Shown one piece after another: positions 24,839-33,576 of a stretch of DNA of 64,000 nucleotides. This stretch comes from Geminicoccaceae bacterium. GTDB lineage: Bacteria > Pseudomonadota > Alphaproteobacteria > Geminicoccales > Geminicoccaceae. A model generated the notes under the pieces. The model did no database searches and had not been told where the DNA came from. It was given only the letters and a program-made list of their open reading frames with translations. The position numbers and the translations under genes are program-made. Where the stretch lies: contig JANQNY010000045.1 of NCBI GenBank assembly GCA_028279345.1, forward strand, positions 3,569 to 67,568, written 5' to 3'. Each line of letters opens with the position of its first letter. The first letter of the stretch is position 1.

Positions 24839-25105
24839 ATGGACGTGTCCAGTCTCCGTAAGACCTTCGAGGATGCTCACGCCGCCGATTCCGCGCAGCA
24901 CCAAGATGAGATCACCAAAGTTCTCGGTAGCGCGACATCGTTGGGCAAGGACTTCGACGACATCTGGCCGAAGGCCGTCCCGGTGCTCACCGCGGTCGCC
25001 AACCTCGTGCGCTTCATTCCGGGCATCGGCAACGCCGCGCCGGTCATCAACGGCCTGATCGCGGTTGGCAACGCGATCTACAAGGAGACATCGGCAAAGA
25101 GCTGA
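24839..25105 (+). CDS. hypothetical 88-aa protein with a Gly/Ala/Ile/Val-rich hydrophobic C-terminal half
   Basis: An ATG preceded by GAGGGAGG about 10 nt upstream. The N-terminal half is charged and the C-terminal half reads VPVLTAVANLVRFIPGIGNAAPVINGLIAVGNAIY. I recognise no family. Confidence 0.55.
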   Translation: MDVSSLRKTFEDAHAADSAQHQDEITKVLGSATSLGKDFDDIWPKAVPVLTAVANLVRFIPGIGNAAPVINGLIAVGNAIYKETSAKS

Positions 25106-25147
25106 CGCGAGCAGGCGACTCTGCGTCGGTTTCGTTTGTGGCCCCGC

Positions 25148-25606
25148 CTAGAGCGCGAGCTTCATGCCCTCGTGCGTGCCCGTGAAACCCAGTCCCTCGT
25201 AGAAGCGCAGCGCGTCGGTGCGCGACTTGGTGCTGGTGAGCTGGACCATGCGGCAGCCGCGCGCGCGGCATTGCTCGACTGCCCAGGCGATGAAGCGGCG
25301 GCCGAGGCCCGTGCCGCGGGTGGCGGCGGCGACGCGCACGCTTTCGAGCTGGCCGCGCCAGGCGCCCTGGTGCGAAAGACCGGGGAGGAAGGTGATCTGC
25401 AGGCAGCCGACGATGCGGCCCGCGTCGTCGGCAACCGCGAGGAGGTGGTTGGGGTCCGCGTCGATCGCCTGAAACGCGGCGAGGTAGGCGGGCGCCGGCG
25501 GGTCGGTCACCAGCTCGCGCTTGGCGCCCAGCGCGTCGTCGGCGAGCAGGCGGACGATGGCGTCCAGATCGGCCATCTGCGCGCGCCGGAAGACAACGTC
25601 GCTCAT
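25148..25606 (-). CDS. GNAT family N-acetyltransferase
   Basis: Motif A region VRVAAATRGTGLGRRFIAWAVEQC. The ATG at 25606 overlaps the mazG stop (ATGA). Confidence 0.85.
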   Translation of the reverse strand: MSDVVFRRAQMADLDAIVRLLADDALGAKRELVTDPPAPAYLAAFQAIDADPNHLLAVADDAGRIVGCLQITFLPGLSHQGAWRGQLESVRVAAATRGTGLGRRFIAWAVEQCRARGCRMVQLTSTKSRTDALRFYEGLGFTGTHEGMKLAL

Positions 25607-26421
25607 GGGTCCTCCGCCGCCTTGGCCTCCTGCCACAGCCCCTCCATGACGCCGAGCTCTACCTCCTCGGGCTTGAGGCCCCCCTCGCGCAGGCGATCCT
25701 CGATGTGCCCGAAGCGGCGCTCGAACTTGTTGGACGCCGCTTGCAGGGCCTCCTCGGCGCTGACGTCCAGATGCCTCGCGAGGTTGACGCAGGCAAAGAG
25801 GAGGTCGCCCAGCTCCGCCGCCACCCGGCCGCGGTCGCCGCGCTCCATCTCGAGCTCATGCAATTCCTCGCGCACCTTGGCGGTGGCGCCGGCAGCATCG
25901 GGCCAGTCGAAGCCAACCCGCGCGGCGCGCGCCTGGAGCTTTTGCGCGCGCTTCAGCGCCGGCAACGCCTTGGGCACGTCGGCGAGCGCGTGATTGGCAG
26001 TGCCGGTCGCGGCCGCCCTGGCCGCGCGTTCGGCGCGCTTGGTGTCCTCCCAGGCAACGCGCTGCGCGTCTGCACCGTCGACCGCAGCGCTACCGAACAC
26101 ATGCGGGTGCCGGTCGAGCATCTTCTCGGTGATCGCCTGGGCGACGTCGTCGAAGCCGAAGGCGCCCTCCTCCTCGGCCATGCGCGCGTGGTAGACGACC
26201 TGGAGGAGGAGATCGCCCAGCTCGGAGCGCAGGTCACCGAGGTCGCCGCGTTCGATCGCATCGGCGACCTCGTAGGCTTCCTCGATGGTGTAGGGGGCGA
26301 TCGTCTGGAAGGTCTGTTCGACATCCCAGGGACAGCCCGTGTCGGGGTCACGCAATCGGGCCATGACCTCGACCAGCCGGGCGATCGGCGGGGTGTCGGG
26401 GTCGGGGGACGGTACGGGCAA
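25603..26421 (-). CDS. mazG: nucleoside triphosphate pyrophosphohydrolase MazG
   Basis: CPWDVEQTFQTIAPYTIEEAYEVADAIE and a second MazG repeat (EELHELE...ELGDLLFACVNLARH). Confidence 0.93.
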   Translation of the reverse strand: MPVPSPDPDTPPIARLVEVMARLRDPDTGCPWDVEQTFQTIAPYTIEEAYEVADAIERGDLGDLRSELGDLLLQVVYHARMAEEEGAFGFDDVAQAITEKMLDRHPHVFGSAAVDGADAQRVAWEDTKRAERAARAAATGTANHALADVPKALPALKRAQKLQARAARVGFDWPDAAGATAKVREELHELEMERGDRGRVAAELGDLLFACVNLARHLDVSAEEALQAASNKFERRFGHIEDRLREGGLKPEEVELGVMEGLWQEAKAAEDP

Positions 26422-26451
26422 GGCGCCACTCCTCCTAGAGCAGAGAGCCCA

Positions 26452-27963
26452 CTAAAGCAGGGAACCTTGGGCCGGTGCCTTGGGCCGCGGCTTGCTCGGG
26501 CGTTTCTTCGGGGTGGACTCGCCCGTGCGGACGGGCACCCGGCCATCGGTGAACTGGAGCGCCAGCGTCGCTTCTCCCGCGGCCGCCTCGGCGCTGCCGA
26601 CAAGCCGGTCCTGGGCGTCGCGCACGAGCGCGTAGCCGCGCGCCAGCGTCCGCTGGTAGCTCAGCGCGTCGAGCCGCGCCTTGAGGCCCGCAACCCTGGT
26701 CTCCGCGCGTTCCTTGAGCCGCTCGGCGGCCGGCACCAGACGCGCGCCGGCGCGTTCCAGGCGGAGTTGCGAGCGGTCTACCATCTGCGCACCGGCGCGG
26801 CCGAGATCACGCCGCGCCGTCTGCAGGCGCGCCTGCCGCTCACGCAACTGATCGGCCGGCGTCCGCAGCCTGGAGATCGCGGTGGCAAGCCTGCGGTCGG
26901 CATCGTCGATGCGGCGTCGGGCGACGCGCGGGCCGCGTTCGCTCAGCGTGTCGAGCGTCTGCGTGGCGGTGGCGAGCCGGTGCTCGACCGCGTTCTGCAG
27001 CCGCTCGCCATCGCGGCGGATGCGGGCGCCAAGCTCGGCCGCGACCGGCACCGCGTGCTCGGCGGCGGCGGTGGGGGTGGGCGCGCGGAGGTCGGCGACG
27101 TGGTCGATGAGTGTCGTGTCGGTCTCATGCCCGACGGCCGAGATCACCGGGATGGCGCTACGCGCGACTGCGCGCACCACCGCCTCGTCGTTGAAGCCCC
27201 AGAGGTCTTCGATGGAGCCGCCACCGCGAGCGACGATCAGCACGTCCGGCCGCCGCGGCCAGCCGTTGAGAGGGAGCGCGTTGAAGCCGTCGATGGCGGC
27301 CGTCACCTCGGGCGGGCAGCGCTCGCCCTGGACGGTGACGGGCCACACCAGCACCGGCCGCGGGAAGCGGTCGCGGAGGCGGTGCAGGATGTCGCGAATG
27401 ACGGCACCGGTGGGCGAGGTGATGACGCCCACGACATCGGGGAGGAACGGCACGGGCCGCTTGCGCTCGGCGGCGAACAGGCCCTCGGCCGCGAGCCGCT
27501 GGCGGCGCTCCTCGAGCTGGGCCAGGAGCGCGCCGGCGCCGTGCGGTCGGACGTCCTCGACGACAAGCTGATACTGCGAGCGGCCGGCATAGGTGGTGAG
27601 CTTGCCCGAGGCCACCACCTCGAGCCCCTCCTCGGGCTTGAGCGCCAGCTTCTCGAAGCGGTTCTTGAAGCAGACGGCCTCCAGGACGGCGCTCTCGTCC
27701 TTGAGGGTGAGATAGGCGTGGCCCTGGCGCGAGACGAACAGCTTCGAGACTTCGCCGCGGACGCGGACGAAACCGTAGGCGTCCTCGATCGTGCGCTTGA
27801 GCGCGCCCGCAAGCTCGCTGATCGCATATTCCGGGACGTTCGAAGGAGGGCTGGTCTCGGACAAGGGCGGTGGCTTGATGCTCGTTGCGTGCACATGCCG
27901 AGCTTGCCGGTCGGCGGTGTCTTCACGCGCGACGATGCCCGGTTCCTCATCAAGCTCTAGCAT
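26452..27963 (-). CDS. xseA: exodeoxyribonuclease VII large subunit
   Basis: OB-fold N-terminus (VRVRGEVSKL...GHAYLTLKD), catalytic core (VITSPTGAVIRDI, ARGGGSIEDLWGFNDE) and a long coiled-coil tail. The true start may be downstream of 27963. Confidence 0.9.
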   Translation of the reverse strand: MLELDEEPGIVAREDTADRQARHVHATSIKPPPLSETSPPSNVPEYAISELAGALKRTIEDAYGFVRVRGEVSKLFVSRQGHAYLTLKDESAVLEAVCFKNRFEKLALKPEEGLEVVASGKLTTYAGRSQYQLVVEDVRPHGAGALLAQLEERRQRLAAEGLFAAERKRPVPFLPDVVGVITSPTGAVIRDILHRLRDRFPRPVLVWPVTVQGERCPPEVTAAIDGFNALPLNGWPRRPDVLIVARGGGSIEDLWGFNDEAVVRAVARSAIPVISAVGHETDTTLIDHVADLRAPTPTAAAEHAVPVAAELGARIRRDGERLQNAVEHRLATATQTLDTLSERGPRVARRRIDDADRRLATAISRLRTPADQLRERQARLQTARRDLGRAGAQMVDRSQLRLERAGARLVPAAERLKERAETRVAGLKARLDALSYQRTLARGYALVRDAQDRLVGSAEAAAGEATLALQFTDGRVPVRTGESTPKKRPSKPRPKAPAQGSLL

Positions 27964-28028
27964 GGCCCCGCCGCGCTGTCGCCTTCGGCGCCGGCGGGCT
28001 ATGCTCGCTCACGAAGGAGAATTGCCGC

Positions 28029-29096
28029 GTGCCCGCCGATCCCGATCAAGAGCAGCTTTCCGGTCGTGTCATCGACCTGACCATTCGCCTCCTGGTGCTG
28101 GGTGTGCTGGCGGCTTGGTGCTTCGCGCTGCTGCGGCCGTTTCTCGCGATCATCGTCTGGGGGGCGATCCTGGCGATCGCGCTCTACCCGGTGTTCAACT
28201 GGCTGCGGCCCAGGGTGCGGGACAGCGACGTGGCCGCGGCCACGATCCTGACGCTCGTGGGGCTCCTCGTCATCCTCGGGCCGGTGACGCTCTTGGCGAC
28301 GGGGCTCGCCGGGAACGTGGAGACGCTCCTTGCGAGTGGTCTTGAGATTCCGCCGCCACCGTCGAGCGTCGCCGAGTGGCCGGTCGTGGGTGCGCGTCTC
28401 ACCGAGCTCTGGACGGAGGCCTCGAGCAATCTCGAGGCGTTCCTCGAGCGCTTCGAGCCGCAGCTCCAGGCGGTGTTGACGGCGGTTCTCGGTGTCGCAG
28501 CGGGCGCCGGTCTGACGCTGCTCGAGTTCATGGCGTCGATGGTGATCGCGGGCGCAGCGCTGGTGCAGCGCGACGCGCTCGGCAAGTCGCTCGAGCGGTT
28601 CGTCAAGCGGCTCTCGCCCACCCGCGGCGTCGGCTTCACGCGACTGGCGGCGGCGACGGTGCGCAATGTGGCCCGCGGGGTCATCGGCGTCGCCGTGCTG
28701 CAGGGGCTCCTGCTGGGGCTCGGCTTCCTTGCCGCCGGCATCCCGCTGGCTGGGCTCTGGACGCTTCTCTGCATCTTCCTCACCATCATCCAGATCGGGC
28801 CGACCCTCGTCGTGGTCGGCACGCTGATCTACGCTTGGCTGTTGCTCAACACGGGGACGGCGGTGCTGTTCACCCTTTGGATCGTCCCGATCTCTCTGCT
28901 CGACAACTTCCTGCGGCCGATCGTGATGAGCATGGGCCTGCCGGTGCCGATGCTGGTCATCATCATCGGCGTGATCGGCGGGACGCTGCTGCACGGCCTC
29001 ATCGGCCTCTTTATCGGCCCCGTCATCCTGGCGCTCGGCTATGAGCTCCTGCGCGCGTGGACGGCTGAGGGCGCGCCTCCGTCCGCCAAGGTCTAG
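28029..29096 (+). CDS. AI-2E family transporter (PerM/UPF0118)
   Basis: Multi-TM profile and a conserved C-terminal region (LRPIVMSMGLPVPMLVIIIGVIGG). The GTG at 28029 is preceded by GAAGGAGA. Confidence 0.85.
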   Translation: MPADPDQEQLSGRVIDLTIRLLVLGVLAAWCFALLRPFLAIIVWGAILAIALYPVFNWLRPRVRDSDVAAATILTLVGLLVILGPVTLLATGLAGNVETLLASGLEIPPPPSSVAEWPVVGARLTELWTEASSNLEAFLERFEPQLQAVLTAVLGVAAGAGLTLLEFMASMVIAGAALVQRDALGKSLERFVKRLSPTRGVGFTRLAAATVRNVARGVIGVAVLQGLLLGLGFLAAGIPLAGLWTLLCIFLTIIQIGPTLVVVGTLIYAWLLLNTGTAVLFTLWIVPISLLDNFLRPIVMSMGLPVPMLVIIIGVIGGTLLHGLIGLFIGPVILALGYELLRAWTAEGAPPSAKV

Positions 29097-31579
29097 TTCG
29101 GCAGCCCTGCGCGCTCGAGGTCGCCGAGCAGCTTGTCACGGTAGCGCGGTGACATGGTGCGCCAAGCGCTCTTCAGTCGCGATATTGCTAGCTGCGGGCG
29201 CAAGGCGCGGGCCTCTGCCAGCTCCCGGTGGGAGTCGTCTGTTCGCTCTTGGCGTAGGAACACGGCCGAAAGAACCAGATGCGTCAATGGCGCAAGCGTT
29301 GGCCACGTTGCCGCCTGGCTCACCAGCGGTTCCGACTTGCTGTAGTCATCGAGGAAGTAATAAAGCAAACCCTTCACGAACAGCTTGAGTCGCAGAAGAG
29401 GTCCCTTGGGGCTGAGACGGATCGACTGGTCGATCGCCGGCATGGCTTCTTCAGCTCTTGCGCCCCAGAGCAACGTGCCCGCGAGGTTCATGTACGCCGC
29501 TGACGAGCTGGGATTGAGCGACACCGCCATGTGCGCCTCATCGATCGCTTGGTCGTACTTGCCTTGGAACATGCAGACGCGGCTCAGCGCAATGCGCGCG
29601 ATGCTGCTCTTCTCGTCGGATTCGACAGCCTTCGATGCGTGTCGTTGCGCCTCCTGCAAAATGTCGTCGAGACCTTCCGTATCGCCGAAAAGCAGCTTAC
29701 GCAGTTGCAGTAGTGCGAGTGTAGCTTGGACGCCGGCAAAGCCGGGCACTCGGCCGCTGAGTTCGGCCAATTGGGCCTTGGCGATCTCGGCATCCTCTTC
29801 TGTGAACTTGTAGAAGTGCCACATTGCCCGCTGGAAGGCGTCCCAAGTCGTCATGCGGCCTTGCTTTTGAGTCGCCTGATCGCGCTCGGCTTCCTTCAGC
29901 CTGTCGTCGATCCGGGCGACGATCGTACCAGCGACGTCCTCTTGCAGATCGATGACGTCGTCGAGACTCCGGTCAAATCGGTCGGCCCAAAGCTGTTCGC
30001 CGGCTTGCGCATCGACAAGTTCGGCCGTCACCCGCACGCGATCCCCAGACTTGCGCACGGCGCCCTCGACGACGTAGTGCACGCCCAATTCCTTGCCGAC
30101 GCGTCTCACGTCAACGCGCTGGGCCTTGTATGCGAAGGTGGAACCGCGTGAGATCACCATCAGCCAGTCGATGCGTGATAGCGCCAGAATGATCTCGTCG
30201 GTGACGCCGTCAGCGAAATACTCCTGCTCGGGGTCGCCGCTCTGATTTTCAAAAGCCAGGACCGCGATGGCCGGCTTTTCCGGCAAGGCCGGATGTTCGC
30301 TGATCGCTTCGTCCGACAGCGCGCTTGAGGGTACGGATGCGTCCGTTACCGGCGTTGACCGCGCGCGACCTTCGAGCATCAAAGGCGGTCCGTGTTTTGG
30401 CCAGTCGACGTTGTGGAGTCTTAGGTAGTTGCGGAGGAACGCGGCGGCGTAGAGGATTGCCCGACGCCGTAGATCGTCGTCGATTTGCTTGTTGGCGAAG
30501 TTCAGCCCAGCAGCGACCTGGGCGAGTTGGAACTGGCTCTGCATGTACGACAGTCGGTGGGTCTGATTTCGATCAACCCAATCGAATACTTCTTGTCGCA
30601 GACTTCCCAGTAGTTGCACGAGCCCAATGTCGTCGCCGCGCAATCCGCTATTGGGCTGAAAGCGATCGAACGGGCAAAGTACGTCCAAGATTGATGCCCA
30701 GTGCGACGCATCGGCTTGGCCACGGGTATCCAAAAGAAAGGCAAGCGCGAAATACGCGTGATCGTAGAATAAGAACTGCCTATCTTCGTAAAAGGCAAGG
30801 TCAAGCAGGTAAAACTCGTCCAGCTCGGTGCCAGCCTTGCTTACAAGAACGTTGAACCCGTGCAGATCACCATGAATGTGCCCGGTGAGCGCGCGAAATC
30901 TCAGGCTGCTTGTGGGCTCGGACGCCGAGACGGCGAAGGTGAGAGGATTCGGATACCAAGTCCCTTCGCAGGTGAAGCTCGGCGTCTCGGGCGGCAAGCC
31001 GCAGACTTCCTTTAGGACCGCGTACAGCCGGCCGTGCTCTGGATCGAGCCGGTAACCGAGCCAGCTGCGCAACAGCGTTTGCGGCGATTGGAGCCCCGGC
31101 GCGAGCTCCGTGGCCCGGTTCCAGTCGTCCAGCAATGCGCGGGCGAGCCGCCTGGCAGTGCTGAGTTGGCGGTCGTGGTCGCAGGCAAACCACGGCATGG
31201 CGAACTCGAGGCCGCGACCGGCAACGGTGGAGAGTATCGCAAGAGCCTCGCCTTGATGCGCCGTCCGCACAACGGTGGGCAGGTGCCTTGTCGCGAAGTC
31301 GGGGGCAGCTTCGAAGGCCTGCAGATGGCGCTCCGCTTCCGACTTCTCCTGGCCGGCCGGATCGGGCACTTGATCGAGCTTGAGGATGGCCTGTCCCGTA
31401 AAATCCCTGCTGGTGACATCCGTGACGAAGACCAACGCGCCGGAACTACCACCGCTCAACTGGCGAGTGAGGTAGATCTGGTCCCCGACACCCCACTGCT
31501 CACCAATTACGGGGCGGAGCGCCGCATAGGCCTCCGGCCAGGGCAATCCGAAACTGACGTCCTCCGGACGCTCGTCCAT
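29093..31579 (-). CDS. 828-aa fusion: N-terminal protein-kinase-like/APH-like domain, then a TolB_N-like module and TPR repeats
   Basis: Gly-rich loop GGSSGALVF with ILKLD, catalytic-loop-like HGDLHGFNVLV, and LLDLAFY. The middle reads PAIAVLAFENQSGDPEQEYFADGVTDEIILALSRI...VVEGAVRKSGDRVRVTAELVD, a module seen in CadC-like and adenylate-cyclase proteins. C-terminal TPR-like repeats follow. G+C is visibly lower (~55%). Confidence 0.7.
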   Translation of the reverse strand: MDERPEDVSFGLPWPEAYAALRPVIGEQWGVGDQIYLTRQLSGGSSGALVFVTDVTSRDFTGQAILKLDQVPDPAGQEKSEAERHLQAFEAAPDFATRHLPTVVRTAHQGEALAILSTVAGRGLEFAMPWFACDHDRQLSTARRLARALLDDWNRATELAPGLQSPQTLLRSWLGYRLDPEHGRLYAVLKEVCGLPPETPSFTCEGTWYPNPLTFAVSASEPTSSLRFRALTGHIHGDLHGFNVLVSKAGTELDEFYLLDLAFYEDRQFLFYDHAYFALAFLLDTRGQADASHWASILDVLCPFDRFQPNSGLRGDDIGLVQLLGSLRQEVFDWVDRNQTHRLSYMQSQFQLAQVAAGLNFANKQIDDDLRRRAILYAAAFLRNYLRLHNVDWPKHGPPLMLEGRARSTPVTDASVPSSALSDEAISEHPALPEKPAIAVLAFENQSGDPEQEYFADGVTDEIILALSRIDWLMVISRGSTFAYKAQRVDVRRVGKELGVHYVVEGAVRKSGDRVRVTAELVDAQAGEQLWADRFDRSLDDVIDLQEDVAGTIVARIDDRLKEAERDQATQKQGRMTTWDAFQRAMWHFYKFTEEDAEIAKAQLAELSGRVPGFAGVQATLALLQLRKLLFGDTEGLDDILQEAQRHASKAVESDEKSSIARIALSRVCMFQGKYDQAIDEAHMAVSLNPSSSAAYMNLAGTLLWGARAEEAMPAIDQSIRLSPKGPLLRLKLFVKGLLYYFLDDYSKSEPLVSQAATWPTLAPLTHLVLSAVFLRQERTDDSHRELAEARALRPQLAISRLKSAWRTMSPRYRDKLLGDLERAGLPN

Positions 31580-31846
31580 CCCGTCACACCGTTCACGTCA
31601 AGGCGTCGTGAATCGCCTCTTGAATGCTTGAGAAGCGAGCAAGACCTTCGGACTTAAACTGTGCCGGGCCGCAAGACGGCGGTCAACACGATCGCGCTTC
31701 CGCCTCACCGGAGATCGATCGCAGCACGCCGAACAGGTCGTGAAATAGCCGCACGGATTCAGTGCTGGGTCAGTCGTAGCACCGTCGGCTCGTTCCCGCG
31801 GTCGCTGTCGAACTGGTCCAGCGACATCGCCTGGAAGCCAAAGAAG

Positions 31847-31872
31847 GGGGCGCCGACGCGGGCCGGCGCCCC
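31847..31872 (-). terminator. putative Rho-independent terminator of the histidine phosphatase gene
   Basis: 9-bp GC stem (GGGGCGCCG / CGGCGCCCC) with an 8-nt loop, starting 4 nt after the stop codon. On the minus strand it is followed by CUUCUUUGG. Confidence 0.5.
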
Positions 31873-31876
31873 TGCC

Positions 31877-32494
31877 CTAGAACCAGGCGCGGGGCTCGAT
31901 GCTGCCGAGCACGTCGAAGCCGCCGTTGCCGTCGGGGCGGAGGACGAAGGCGACGCCCATGGGCTCCGGGTAGATGCCGGTTGCGGCATCGAACGGGTCG
32001 TCATGGCCGACGAGCACGATGTTGAAACCCTCCGGGGGCTCGGCGGCGAGGTGGGGGGTCACCCGCTCGCGCATCGCCGCCATCTGCTCATCCGTGTACT
32101 CCTCGGCCGGCTCGAAATTGAGATCCGAGGTCTTGATGTAGCGGCCGAAGGCTAGGTCGGCGGTCTGCCAGGAGCGGCAGTACTCGCTGGAAATCACCTC
32201 TGCGACGGGGATCCGGTAGTAGGTGAACGCGGCACCGATGTTGCGCGCGTCCTGCCAGCCCGCTTCGCTCAGGCTGCGCTGGGTCGAGCAGTCGCCCATT
32301 ACCGCGTCCACCTGGTCAGCATAGTCGATCTCGGTCGCGGCGTGGCGGATGAAGATGACGTGTCCGCCACCCTGCAGGGCCTCAATGAGCGCCTCGGGTG
32401 CCTGGCCCTCGTTCGCGGCAGCCGTGCCGCCCGTCGTGGCCAACGCCAGAGCGCCGAAGATCGCAAGAGCGCTCAGCCGGCTCTTCTGCATCAT
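31877..32494 (-). CDS. secreted histidine phosphatase superfamily protein
   Basis: Signal peptide (LSALAIFGALALATTGGTAAA), RHA catalytic motif (VIFIRHAAT) and a distal VGHDD histidine. Confidence 0.75.
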   Translation of the reverse strand: MMQKSRLSALAIFGALALATTGGTAAANEGQAPEALIEALQGGGHVIFIRHAATEIDYADQVDAVMGDCSTQRSLSEAGWQDARNIGAAFTYYRIPVAEVISSEYCRSWQTADLAFGRYIKTSDLNFEPAEEYTDEQMAAMRERVTPHLAAEPPEGFNIVLVGHDDPFDAATGIYPEPMGVAFVLRPDGNGGFDVLGSIEPRAWF

Positions 32495-32803
32495 GTCCTC
32501 ATCCCTTTCCTCGATGGGTTGTCAGCCGGGGGCGACGCATTCGAGCGCCGCAAACCGTGCCGACTTGGTCCTGTAAACAGAGGCAAGAATGAGATCAATC
32601 ACCTTCGGAGATGTCAGGCTTCATTTTATTTGTAATTATTGCAATTCATAATATGGATTGATAACAAGAAATAGTATTAGAATAATCAAAGAGTCTTGGT
32701 AATTGCTGGCTGGGCGGGCCGACAGGCACCCGCACGACGGCGTTGTCCGCGTGTGGTGTGGTCGTTAGAGCAGGAGCGTTCGTTGATGCGGGAGGTGTGA
32801 TCC

Positions 32804-33499
32804 GTGCTTGAGGCTCGTCTGGCGGTCGGCGTCCTTGTCCTGGTCCCCGCCGTGGCGGTGGCACAGCCCTTCAGTGTGGCACCCAGTTACAGTTGTGGCG
32901 GAGAACTCAGCCCCATCGAGCAGACCATCTGCACGACGCCCTTCCTCGCCAACCTGGATGTCCATCTCAGCCGCCAGTACCGCTATGCGCACAAGCGGCT
33001 GGGCGCATCGGTGCGGGACGACCAGCGGGCCTGGCTGAACGCGCGCAACGCTGCCTGCGGTGACTTGGGCGTCGATGCCCGCATCGGTTGTCTGGCGGAC
33101 CAGTACAACACACGGCTCGAGGCGCTGAGCGCGGCCGTCGACGATCCGGCGCCGGCCGCCGCGGATTGGAACGGCGCTTGGTCCAACGCCTTCGCCGACC
33201 TCACCATCGCACCCAGCGACAACGGCGCCACGATCTCGGGCTCGGCCGTCTACATCACACCCAATGTGTGCGGGGCGGGGCCCAACCTCGGCACGTTTGA
33301 CGCCGACCTGGCGGCGACGGCACTGACCGGCGCGCAGCTCGCGGCAGACGGCGGCGAAGGCTGTGCGTTGAAGCTCCGGCTACGCGGGGCGCTCATCGAG
33401 GTCGAGCAGGTCGAACCCTTCGCCTGCGCGGGCCACCGGGTCAGCTTCGGCGGTATCTACAGCCAGGGTGGGGTCCAGACGACGCTCGATTGCGGCTGA
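32804..33499 (+). CDS. secreted LprI-like (DUF1311) domain protein
   Basis: Signal peptide, then C..ELSPIEQTIC...LDVHLSRQY...QRAWLNARNAAC...CLADQYNTRLEAL, the DUF1311 pattern. The C-terminal half is unassigned. Confidence 0.7.
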   Translation: MLEARLAVGVLVLVPAVAVAQPFSVAPSYSCGGELSPIEQTICTTPFLANLDVHLSRQYRYAHKRLGASVRDDQRAWLNARNAACGDLGVDARIGCLADQYNTRLEALSAAVDDPAPAAADWNGAWSNAFADLTIAPSDNGATISGSAVYITPNVCGAGPNLGTFDADLAATALTGAQLAADGGEGCALKLRLRGALIEVEQVEPFACAGHRVSFGGIYSQGGVQTTLDCG

Positions 33500-33576
33500 G
33501 CTTCGGGCTGGAGAGCGGCGCCGCGGCGACGCGACCGCTTGAGCCGCTGGCGCGCCTGCCGCAGGATGGCGCGGTC

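Noticed and set aside
25705-27960. 751-aa plus-strand ORF spanning mazG and xseA.
   Set aside because: It is antisense to two well-supported genes and has no recognisable motifs. This is a GC-bias artefact.
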